DNA of 32,000 nucleotides, from the NCBI GenBank assembly GCA_937907055.1, contig CALCTW010000044.1, positions 2,401 to 34,400 on the forward strand, written 5' to 3'. The DNA is from an uncultured Clostridia bacterium (GTDB lineage Bacteria; Bacillota; Clostridia; Christensenellales; Aristaeellaceae). Below the pieces are notes generated by a model. It ran no database searches. It was not told the DNA's origin and saw only the letters and a program-made list of their open reading frames with translations. The position numbers and the translations under genes are program-made. Shown here in pieces: positions 1-7,823 of this stretch. Each line of letters begins with the position of its first letter. The stretch's first letter is position 1.

Positions 1-526
1 CGCGCGGCTTTGCTCCGGGTGTCAGGTTCAGGGAACGCTTCAGCGCGTATTCCAGCATTTTTTCCGCGGCGGTGTCCTCATCCTGTCCGAATGCCGAAAC
101 CGGCGCGATGTAGATATCCAGCACCGGGCGGTTCAGCCATTTTTCACGTGTACGGGCCTCCTGCTCGCAGTATTTCACCCCGAATACGCATTCGTAGGCA
201 AAATGCTCGCAGTTGTTGTGCAGCAGGCTGTATCCGTCTTCGCCGATCCGGGATCGTGCCGCGCGGATCGCCTTGTTCCGGTCCACACGGCGGAAGGGAT
301 CGCTCTTTTCCGGCTCGCCGATCTCAATGATCTGACCGCAGGAAAAGCTGTTGATATCCGTCACACAGACGCGGATCTCTTTTTCGTTCCGGTTCAGCGT
401 CTGCACCGGCGGCTCGCCGAACTGGATGATCTCATCGTCCGTCACGTACACGCCGTAATGATGGATCTGTCCCAGCGGAATGCGGATGATGTCACCGGCT
501 TTGCATTCGCCGGGCCACCATCTCAT
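1..526 (-). CDS. LRAT/PLAAT-like (NlpC/P60 superfamily) thiol acyltransferase/phospholipase domain protein. The 3' end lies outside the window, and the C-terminal extension is of unknown function.
   Basis: Manual reverse translation from ATG 526-524 gives MRWWPGECKAGDIIRIPLGQIHHYGVYVTDDEIIQFG...LLHNNCEHFAYEC. The H-box (HYGVYV) and the catalytic NCEHF motif are LRAT-family signatures. The frame stays open to position 1. The ATG overlaps the ACP stop (ATGA). It is absent from the ORF track because it runs off the window edge. Confidence 0.7.
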   Translation of the reverse strand, partial: MRWWPGECKAGDIIRIPLGQIHHYGVYVTDDEIIQFGEPPVQTLNRNEKEIRVCVTDINSFSCGQIIEIGEPEKSDPFRRVDRNKAIRAARSRIGEDGYSLLHNNCEHFAYECVFGVKYCEQEARTREKWLNRPVLDIYIAPVSAFGQDEDTAAEKMLEYALKRSLNLTPGAKPR

Positions 527-777
527 TTCACACGCTCCTGGATATAGGTCACGATATCGCCGATGGTCTCAAAGGTGTTGGCGGAGGCATCGTCGAAGAT
601 CGCGCCGAAGGTCTCTTCCATCGCGATCAGCACATAGAGCATCCCGGTGGAGGAGAGACCCAGCTCCGTGCGCACATTGGTCGCCTCCGTGCAGGTGCTG
701 ATCACCTGCGTATAGCGGCTGTCGGAGGACACCAGAATGTCCTTCAGCTGCTCAAAGATCTCATTTCTGTTCATCAC
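523..777 (-). CDS. Free-standing acyl/peptidyl carrier protein (ACP-like)
   Basis: 84 aa and acidic. It has an ACP helix-II-like motif, LGLSSTGMLYVLIAMEETFG, with a candidate phosphopantetheine serine. The start is GTG 777 or ATG 774, overlapping the upstream ligase stop. The stop is TGA. Confidence 0.8.
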   Translation of the reverse strand: MMNRNEIFEQLKDILVSSDSRYTQVISTCTEATNVRTELGLSSTGMLYVLIAMEETFGAIFDDASANTFETIGDIVTYIQERVK

Positions 778-2273
778 TTTTTCTTATACCTCAGGATCTT
801 CATGCTGGGGCTGCGTTCAAAATCCGTATCGCGGATCACGATGCGCGAAGCCCGGCAGTGAGAGGGGAGATTGCGGTTCACTTCTTCCAGCTGCGGCATC
901 AGGAAGGCGTTCACATCCGTCACGCCGCTCAGCTCGGTCGCGCGCGGTACTACTTCCAGCGCCAGAATGGTAATGCCGTTCTCGTTCACGTCCTCAAACA
1001 GCTGGCTGTCCTGCACCGCGGGCAGCTCGTTGAAATAGGCTTCCACCTCGGCGGGAGATACATTTTCGCCGTTCTCCAGCACAATGATCTCCTTGATGCG
1101 CCCGGTGATATACAGCAGGCCGTCCTCGTCAAAGCGCGCGAGATCGCCCGTGTGGAACCAGCCGTCCGCGTCGTAGGCCTTTTCCGGAGTGCCGCTGTAG
1201 GCGGTCAGCATATTATCGCCGCGCAGCAGCAGCTCTCCGTCCTCCAGACACAGCTCCTGGTTCGGGAAGGGCAGGCCCACGGAGGTCGGCTTGGCGGCAA
1301 ATTCCGGGTTGCCGGAAACCAGGTTGGCGCTCTCGGTCAGGCCGTAGCCGGGGAACAGGCTGATGCCGTATTTGCTGTATTCACTGATCAGATAGGGCGG
1401 CACAGCAGCCGCGCCGCAGATGATGGTGCGCATATCCGGCCCCAGCATCATGCGTCCGAATTTCTTGGAAAGGGACAGCGCCATGTCCGCCAGCGCGGGC
1501 ACCGCGATCCACATCGTGGGTCTGAAGGCTGCCGCGTCGCGGAACATCGCCTGCGGGCTGAGGCAGATGAACAGAGAACTGCCGGTATAGAAGGCCGCCA
1601 GTGTGCCGCGGATCAAGCCGAACACATGGGACATGGGCAGCGCCAGGATATAGCGCTGATCGAATACATCCTTGTAGCCGTAGCAGCCGTTGATCACGCC
1701 CTGCAGCACCGCGCGGTGGTTCAGCACAGCGCCCTTGCTGCGGCCGGTCGTGCCGCCGGTAAACATGATCACGCACTCGTCGGTGCCCTTCACATCGGCC
1801 GCCGGAACGGGTTCTTCCCGTTCGCTTCCTGTCATGCAGGGCACGCAGGTGATCGCCTGATCGCTTTCGGGGCCGACGACCGCCTTGCAGCCGAACATCT
1901 TCACCAGTCCCTCGATCGCCTGCACCGGCAGCTGAGCCGGCGCGATCGCGGCGGAGCATCCGGCAGAGGCCGCCGCCAGGAAGGCGACGATCAGGTTGTA
2001 GGAATTGGCCAGGTGCAGCAGCACACGGTCGCCCTTTTTCAGGCCTCTCTGGGCCAGCGCGCCGCGGAAGGCGGCGGTATCCTTCAGCAACTGCGCGTAG
2101 GTAAAGGCTTCGCCGTTATATTGCACCGCTTCGTGCTCGGCATAAGCTTCGCACCTTTCCAGCAGCTCCGGGATCGTGCTGATCTCGGTGATCTTATCAA
2201 ACACCTCCGCGGGGGCGTATTTCCGGAAGCTTTCACGGGAACCGCGGATGATAACGCGTTCTTCAGTGGACAT
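774..2273 (-). CDS. AMP-dependent synthetase/ligase (fatty-acyl-AMP / acyl-CoA ligase family)
   Basis: 499 aa. Adenylate-forming core motifs are present: FTGGTTGRSKGAVLNH (A3), GYGLTESA (A5), HTGDLARFDEDGLLYITGRIKE (A7/A8), and a C-terminal Lys in SMKILRYK. Confidence 0.9.
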   Translation of the reverse strand: MSTEERVIIRGSRESFRKYAPAEVFDKITEISTIPELLERCEAYAEHEAVQYNGEAFTYAQLLKDTAAFRGALAQRGLKKGDRVLLHLANSYNLIVAFLAAASAGCSAAIAPAQLPVQAIEGLVKMFGCKAVVGPESDQAITCVPCMTGSEREEPVPAADVKGTDECVIMFTGGTTGRSKGAVLNHRAVLQGVINGCYGYKDVFDQRYILALPMSHVFGLIRGTLAAFYTGSSLFICLSPQAMFRDAAAFRPTMWIAVPALADMALSLSKKFGRMMLGPDMRTIICGAAAVPPYLISEYSKYGISLFPGYGLTESANLVSGNPEFAAKPTSVGLPFPNQELCLEDGELLLRGDNMLTAYSGTPEKAYDADGWFHTGDLARFDEDGLLYITGRIKEIIVLENGENVSPAEVEAYFNELPAVQDSQLFEDVNENGITILALEVVPRATELSGVTDVNAFLMPQLEEVNRNLPSHCRASRIVIRDTDFERSPSMKILRYKKK

Positions 2274-2889
2274 AGTTTTTCAGGTTCTCCTCTTTTTCCT
2301 GCAGCAGGGCAGTGTATTTTTCGATTTCTCCGATGCCGGGCTTTTTGCCGTCCTCACCGGTCAGCACGAGCGGCTCACCGATCACGAACGTGGCACGGGA
2401 GAAGCGGTTTTTACGGGGCGCGATATACACGGGAATGATCGGGCATTCTCCCTGAAGGGCCATCAGGATGATCCCGGAATGGAATCCGCCGCCGGTGTCT
2501 CCGGTAATGCGGCCTTCGGGGAAGACGGAGATCAGCCAGCCCTCGCGCAGGCCTTTCGCGATCTCGCGGATGGTCTTCAGCCCCGGGTTCTCACGGTCCA
2601 GCGGGATGCACATAAAGTGTCCGAACAGCCAGCTCAGCCCGGGGGTGCGGAAGAATTCCTTCAGGCACACGAAGCGCTGGCGGCGATACCAGATGCAAAA
2701 CTGGAGATAGATCGGATCCAGGTGAGTCTGGTGATTGGAGCAGAGCAGCGCGCCGCCCCGGATCATCTTTTTCGCGGCTTTGTTTTCATAGATCCGCTTC
2801 GGTCTCATCCAGATGAGGCCGGGGATCGCCGCGGTCACCTTGGTAAAATCGTAAAACCAGTATTTCAGGCTGAACAGCTTATGCCCCAT
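2263..2889 (-). CDS. PlsC-type (lysophospholipid/1-acylglycerol-3-phosphate) acyltransferase
   Basis: 208 aa. HX4D motif NHQTHLD and FPEGR motif. Overlaps both neighbours by 11 nt. Confidence 0.85.
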   Translation of the reverse strand: MGHKLFSLKYWFYDFTKVTAAIPGLIWMRPKRIYENKAAKKMIRGGALLCSNHQTHLDPIYLQFCIWYRRQRFVCLKEFFRTPGLSWLFGHFMCIPLDRENPGLKTIREIAKGLREGWLISVFPEGRITGDTGGGFHSGIILMALQGECPIIPVYIAPRKNRFSRATFVIGEPLVLTGEDGKKPGIGEIEKYTALLQEKEENLKNYVH

Positions 2890-3511
2890 GGGTCGGTACC
2901 TCTCCCAATTCCATCACTTTTTCGCGCAGCAGACGGCTGCATTCGCGCACAGCCTGACGCGGATCCGCCGCGGGATCGCACATTCCTCTCAGATCAAGCG
3001 GCGCGCCGATCGTCACCCGGATGCCTTCCTTGCTGAAATACCGCCCGCTGATATACACCGGGATCACGGGCGCGCCGGTCTCCAGTGCCAGATAGGCAGC
3101 GCCTTCGCGGAAGGGCAAAGGCCGTTCCTCACCGGGCAGCGGCAGTCTTCCTTCGGGGAAAACGCCCACAAGGCCGCCCTTTTTCAGGATGGCCGCGCTC
3201 TTGTCAAGGCATGCTGTCGAATGCGCGTCGCGATCCACCCGGATTCCGCCCATCTGCTTCAGAAACAGCCCCAGACCGGGCCTTGTGAACAGGATCTCCG
3301 CCATCTGCACGCGGATGGTGCGTGTCCAGAAGGCAAACAGCAGCGCGGCGAAATCATAGACGTTTGTGTGATTGCTCACAACGATCGCGCCGCCCTTCGG
3401 ATACCGGCTCTGTTTTTCAGGCTCCGCGCGGCGCACGCGGATCTTCAGCAGCAGCTTTTCCACCGGCCACGCGGTGATCTTCACAAACCATTGAAATATC
3501 GTGATCAGCAT
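2879..3511 (-). CDS. PlsC-type acyltransferase, second paralog
   Basis: 210 aa. HX4D motif NHTNVYD and VFPEGRL motif. RBS GGGAGGG lies 6 nt before the ATG. Confidence 0.85.
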   Translation of the reverse strand: MLITIFQWFVKITAWPVEKLLLKIRVRRAEPEKQSRYPKGGAIVVSNHTNVYDFAALLFAFWTRTIRVQMAEILFTRPGLGLFLKQMGGIRVDRDAHSTACLDKSAAILKKGGLVGVFPEGRLPLPGEERPLPFREGAAYLALETGAPVIPVYISGRYFSKEGIRVTIGAPLDLRGMCDPAADPRQAVRECSRLLREKVMELGEVPTHGA

Positions 3512-5433
3512 GCGCCGCCCTCCCGGATCGTCTGCACCACCGCGTTCACGGTCGTCAGCTTCTGTTCGGTGCCGGAGGGCAGGGAAACACGGAATTCTTC
3601 CTGAATGGCTTCGGCGAGCACCAGATAATCCAGCGAAGATCCGCCCAGCAGGGTAAAGTAATCATCATCCGGGCCGATCGCGATCTCTCCGCGGGACAGG
3701 GAGATCCGGAACATCTCCGTCACTCTGTCAGTCAGCGGGTCGCCGCTGCCCTGAGCAGTCTTCACAGCGCCGGGCGTCCATACCGGCAGCTCGTTCTTTA
3801 TCAATCTGTCACGCACACGGGCGCGGCTGATCTTAAAGTCATTTTCAGCGGTCAGGTCGGCCCTTGTCATCACCACGCGGCTGATCTGTCCGTTCAGCCC
3901 GGCCGCGGCGATCTGCTCATGCACGCACTTTTCGGTCGCCTTCACCTGCTCGTCCGCGGCAAAGGGCGGCACCGCGCACACGAGGGTGGGCACCAGTCCG
4001 TGTCCGCCGATCAGGCACAGCTCGCGCACGCCCGCGGTCGCCAGCCGGGGCTCGATCAGGTTGGGGTTCAGGTTTTCGCCCGCGCTGCCGATCACCAGAT
4101 CATCGCCGCGCCCCTGCAAAAACCATTTTCCGTTTTCAAGGGCGGCCAGATCGCCGGTTTGGAACCATTCGTCTCCGCGGCGCGTCTCCTGTCCGTCCTG
4201 CAGGATCCTTCTCGCGGTGGAAGGTCCGCGCACCTCCAGCATGCCTTCCGGCGATACGCGGTATTCCACCGAGGACATCGGCGTGCCGATCGAGGGTCTG
4301 CAGCGGTCGGCGGCCTTCGCGCTCAGCTCCACGGAGGTGATGCCGATCTCCGACATGCCGTAGCCGTTGCACAGATAATAGCCCATGGCATTAAAGAAAT
4401 GCAGGGTCTCCGGATTAATGAAACTGCCGCCGGTGATCGTAAACAGCACGCTGTCGCCGAACAGGCTGCCGCGCACTTCCTTAAATAACTTTTTGCAGAT
4501 CGCTTCTCCGCCGGGCAGCTTCAGCAGTTTTTCGGAGAGCGCCAGTCCTTTCTTGAACTTGGCTTCGGTCTTTTCGCCGCGGTCGTGGATCGTCCGCAGC
4601 ACCTCGCTGTGGATCTTTTCCCAGAAGAGCGGCACCGCGAAAATGTGCGTCACCTTGTGACGGCGGATGGTGCTCAGCAGGGTCTGCGCGGAAAGGTCGT
4701 TCAGCAGCACGAAGGTCCTTGAGAAGAAGGAAAACCAGATATAGACCGCGATCAGCCCGAATACGTGATAGAACGGCAGGAAGGTCAGCAGCTTCAGTTC
4801 GCCTTCATAGTGCTGCTTGATCCGGTCATTCCGGCAGATGATATCATAACTGTCGCGGATCTGATGGCAGAACTGCTCCGCGCTGTAACAGCAGATCTTG
4901 ATGTGGGAGGAGGTGCCGGAGGACATCACCATCAGTTCGCTGCCAAATTCGCCCTTTTGCGCGGGCGTTTCGGCTTCGGAGATCTCTTCCTCCATGATCG
5001 TCGGGATGCTGAACTTTCGTCCGTCCGTGATCACGGCGATCGCGTTCGTGTCCTTCAGCGCTGTTTCCAGTGTCCCGTCATCCAGACGGGTATTCATCAG
5101 CAGCGGTCTGCAGCCGATCAGCAGGATGGCCCAGAAAAGCTGGATCCACGATACGCTGTTGTCCATATGCAGGCCGATCACGCTGTCCTTTTCGGGGTCG
5201 TTCAGCATGCTTTTCAGGGTTGCGGCGCGCTTTTCCAGCTGCTCACGGCATTCCCCGTAGGTGATCTTTTCGATCGTATAGCCGCGGCTACGTTCAAAGA
5301 ACGTGTTCCCGGCTTCGGAAAACATGGAATCATACAGGGAGGAAAAACGCTTGTCGCTGTTTTCAAAGGCTTCATATTTCTTCTGGACATAAGTATTTAC
5401 ATCCTTATATCCGCCGATGTTGGTCAGCTTCAC
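3505..5433 (-). CDS. Adenylate-forming enzyme fused to a C-terminal carrier (thiolation) domain (A-T didomain)
   Basis: 642 aa. Degenerate A3 motif SSGTSSHIKI, GYGMSEIG (A5), QTGDLA...GRGDDLVIGSAGENLNP (A7/A8). The C-terminal YFTLLGGSSLDYLVLAEAIQEEF is a carrier-domain GGxSL motif. GTG start is preceded by AAGGAGG at 7 nt. Confidence 0.85.
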   Translation of the reverse strand: MKLTNIGGYKDVNTYVQKKYEAFENSDKRFSSLYDSMFSEAGNTFFERSRGYTIEKITYGECREQLEKRAATLKSMLNDPEKDSVIGLHMDNSVSWIQLFWAILLIGCRPLLMNTRLDDGTLETALKDTNAIAVITDGRKFSIPTIMEEEISEAETPAQKGEFGSELMVMSSGTSSHIKICCYSAEQFCHQIRDSYDIICRNDRIKQHYEGELKLLTFLPFYHVFGLIAVYIWFSFFSRTFVLLNDLSAQTLLSTIRRHKVTHIFAVPLFWEKIHSEVLRTIHDRGEKTEAKFKKGLALSEKLLKLPGGEAICKKLFKEVRGSLFGDSVLFTITGGSFINPETLHFFNAMGYYLCNGYGMSEIGITSVELSAKAADRCRPSIGTPMSSVEYRVSPEGMLEVRGPSTARRILQDGQETRRGDEWFQTGDLAALENGKWFLQGRGDDLVIGSAGENLNPNLIEPRLATAGVRELCLIGGHGLVPTLVCAVPPFAADEQVKATEKCVHEQIAAAGLNGQISRVVMTRADLTAENDFKISRARVRDRLIKNELPVWTPGAVKTAQGSGDPLTDRVTEMFRISLSRGEIAIGPDDDYFTLLGGSSLDYLVLAEAIQEEFRVSLPSGTEQKLTTVNAVVQTIREGGAC

Positions 5434-5466
5434 CCTGCTGCCTCCTTGTTTTGTTTCTTTATCAGT

Positions 5467-6393
5467 TTATCGGGCCGGAACCGTTATCTGTTCCGTGAAT
5501 TCCCGGATGGCTTCTGTCAGGATCTGTTCCTCAGGGGTATCCGCGCCGTTTTCTTCCGGCAGCAGATCCGTATGCCGCGCGTTTTCGATCCTGCAGAGGA
5601 ATATCAGCGGATCCTCCCTGCCCGTGAGCGCCTTTCCCGTGCTTTCCTTTTCCGGCACGGTCTCGTCCATCCCGCTTTGAATGATCAGCACCGGTTTTCC
5701 GGAACTGATCAGCGCTTCCGATGCCTTTTCAAACGGAAGGCTGCCGTTTTGCAGGAACAACCCGCCCATCAGGAAAGGCGCGCCGGTGTAGACGACAGGC
5801 CCCGCGTATTTCAGGGCCGTCTCGAGCATCAGGCCGGAGACCGTCTCAAATCCGTTGATGCAGATAACTGCTGACACCGCTTCGTCCCGGCTCTCGATCG
5901 CTGCCGCCCAGCCTCCGGCGCTGTGGCCGATCAGCATGACCGGCATGCCGGCATAGCGGCTGCTCTTCAGCATGTCCAGCGCCGCTTTCGCGTCTACAGC
6001 CCGCTGTTGCAGGCTCATCACGCCGCTGCCCTCGCTTTTTCCGGTGCCTGTGCCGTCAAAGCACAGCGCGTCCCAGCCGGCTTCCGTCAGGATCCGCCCA
6101 AGGCCTGTCATGTCCGCTGCCCCGGCGTGAAAGCCGTGCAGGATCACCGCGATCCCTTTCGGCGTTTCAGCTTCGCTGTGCAGGATCCATCCCTGCAGCA
6201 TCCGTTCACCGGAGGGGAATGTGATCATTTCCGCGTCCGCGAAGAGGACCGGCGTGTCAGCCATCCTGTCATACCGGCTGAAATAGACCGTAAAAAAGAC
6301 AGCCACGCCTGCGGCTGAAAGGATGATCCATGTGCTGAGGAGGATGGCAAGCGCCTTCAGCCATCGGAAGCCCGTCTTTTTTCCGGCGTTCAT
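5467..6393 (-). CDS. Membrane-anchored alpha/beta-fold hydrolase (lipase/thioesterase-like)
   Basis: N-terminal TM segment LKALAILLSTWIILSAAGVAVFF, HG oxyanion motif ILHGFH, and nucleophile elbow GHSAGG. The ATG at 6393 is preferred (RBS CAGGAG 7 nt upstream). The ORF track extends it to a TTG at 6450. Confidence 0.8.
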   Translation of the reverse strand: MNAGKKTGFRWLKALAILLSTWIILSAAGVAVFFTVYFSRYDRMADTPVLFADAEMITFPSGERMLQGWILHSEAETPKGIAVILHGFHAGAADMTGLGRILTEAGWDALCFDGTGTGKSEGSGVMSLQQRAVDAKAALDMLKSSRYAGMPVMLIGHSAGGWAAAIESRDEAVSAVICINGFETVSGLMLETALKYAGPVVYTGAPFLMGGLFLQNGSLPFEKASEALISSGKPVLIIQSGMDETVPEKESTGKALTGREDPLIFLCRIENARHTDLLPEENGADTPEEQILTEAIREFTEQITVPAR

Positions 6394-6480
6394 ATCCATT
6401 CTCCTGTGATCCTTTGCCTTTTCATCAGGCGTTTTTTCCTGATCCGGCAAGGCTGTTTGCGTAGGAACATACCAAACACT

Positions 6481-6508
6481 ATTATATCACACATGACCTG
6501 TTTTGCAA
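6481..6508 (-). promoter_or_regulatory. Sigma-70/SigA-like promoter for the minus-strand lipid operon
   Basis: On the minus strand: TTGCAA, 16 nt spacer, TGATATAAT (extended -10). It lies about 90 nt upstream of the hydrolase start. Confidence 0.5.
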
Positions 6509-6717
6509 ATATAAATGCGTATTTCGTCAGCATTTCGTCCGCTTTCCGGCGCTTTGGTCCCCATCGAAGCGTCGCACCGTCCGCGTCTTTCCGCCCCCCC
6601 CGTCTCCCCGGGTGAAAGGGCATCGTTTTCCACTTTCTCGCTGTCCGGCATCTTCGTTTTTATCGTTTTTATCAGCCCGGCGCCTGTCCTTCTGCCCGGG
6701 GGTCGCGGCATCTTTGC

Positions 6718-6746
6718 TTGCCACAGGCCGGGCTTTTGTTTATAAT
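6718..6746 (+). promoter_or_regulatory. SigA-like promoter for the 6775 gene
   Basis: TTGCCA (6718-6723), 17 nt spacer, TATAAT (6741-6746). The RBS AGGGAGG follows. Confidence 0.55.
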
Positions 6747-6774
6747 GAAACAAACAGAGAAGGGAGGCGCGCGC

Positions 6775-7683
6775 ATGCCGGGATCAGGCCGCATCATTTA
6801 TTATCATCTGCCCGGGCTTTTTGAGTTTACCGATCTTTACCGGGTCTTCCTTCAGCTTTACCGGGATCACCGGGACTGGTTCTATGATGACTGCCGCATC
6901 GCCTCCATCTACGGGGCTCCGGCGGATTGCCTCTGGGGCGGCGGTCGGGTCGGCTTCGGGGACGCGGATCTGTCCTCGGTCCTTTCTCTCGTCCGGGAGC
7001 ACGGCATTTCCGCCCGTCTCACGTTCAGCAATTCTCTTCTGCGGCCATAGCATCTCTCAGATCCCCGTTGCAATCGTCTCTGTGAGTCTTTTCAGCACGC
7101 GGGCCCTGTTCAAAGCGGCATCATCGTCCATTCCGATCTTCTGCTTCAGTACCTGAAGCAACGTTATCCGGATTTTTACTTCGTATCCTCCACCACCAAG
7201 GTCCTTACCCGGTTTGAGGATCTCCGTTCAGAACTGGATCGTCCTGATTTCCGCTTTGTCGTTCCCGATTTCCGTCTCAATAAGGCCTTTGATCAGCTTT
7301 CCGCCCTGACAGACATGCAGAAAAGCAAGGTCGAATTCCTCTGCAATGAATGCTGCAGCATCTCCTGTCCGGACAGGAAAGCCTGTTATGAAAATGTCAG
7401 CCGCAAAAATCTGGGGGAGACATGCCCGGATCATCGCTGCGCCTCCCCGGATGCCGGTCAGGGCTATCGTTTTTCAAAAGCCATGCGGAATCCGTCCTTC
7501 ATCAGCCTGTTCGATATCCGTACGGTCTATCTTCCGCTCGGTTTTTCTCATTTCAAGATCGAGGGGCGCAGCCTCGGCAGCGCGGTCATTCTGGAATTCC
7601 TGCTCTATTATCTCACCCGCCCGGAATTCCATCTGCAGGTGCGTGAGGAGATCTATCTTGATAGCATGCTGGATCTTTTCTGA
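6775..7683 (+). CDS. Conserved Cys-rich protein, U32-peptidase-like (KIEGR motif), interrupted by one in-frame TAG at 7048-7050. Either a pseudogene or a recoded/read-through gene.
   Basis: ORFs 6718-7050 and 7315-7683 are in the same frame. The 88 codons at 7051-7314 are open with coding-like composition and contain no ATG/GTG/TTG. The only defect is the TAG. Motifs: FKIEGRS and the CNECCSISCPDRKAC cluster. The family assignment is tentative. Confidence 0.6.
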
Positions 7684-7766
7684 TCCCTTTTTCCTTTTCT
7701 TCATCGCGGAGTACAGAGAATCTTGACTCCGCCGCGCTTTTCGTAATCAGCAAAACCCCGTTAATC

Positions 7767-7803
7767 AAAGAGGACTGTGAAATCCGCTTTCACAGCCCTC
7801 TTT
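7767..7803. terminator. Bidirectional hairpin terminator between convergent genes
   Basis: The arm aaagaggactgtgaaa pairs imperfectly with tttcacagccctcttt. A/T runs flank both sides. Confidence 0.6.
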
Positions 7804-7823
7804 GATATTTGGGATCATTTCGT

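Noticed and set aside
6390-6753. Several 65-88-aa ORFs on both strands in the divergent intergenic region.
   Set aside because: They have no RBS, give Arg/Pro/Ser-rich nonsense products, overlap one another, and lie in a region that contains two outward-facing consensus promoters.
7048-7086. Pyrrolysine (PYLIS-like hairpin or pyl genes) as the explanation for the in-frame TAGs.
   Set aside because: Neither gene family is a methylamine methyltransferase, and no pylT/S/B/C/D-like genes are in the window. The imperfect hairpin after the first TAG (CTCTCAGA...TCTGTGAG) has no counterpart after the second. Pyrrolysine cannot be supported from this sequence and remains only a formal possibility to test genome-wide.
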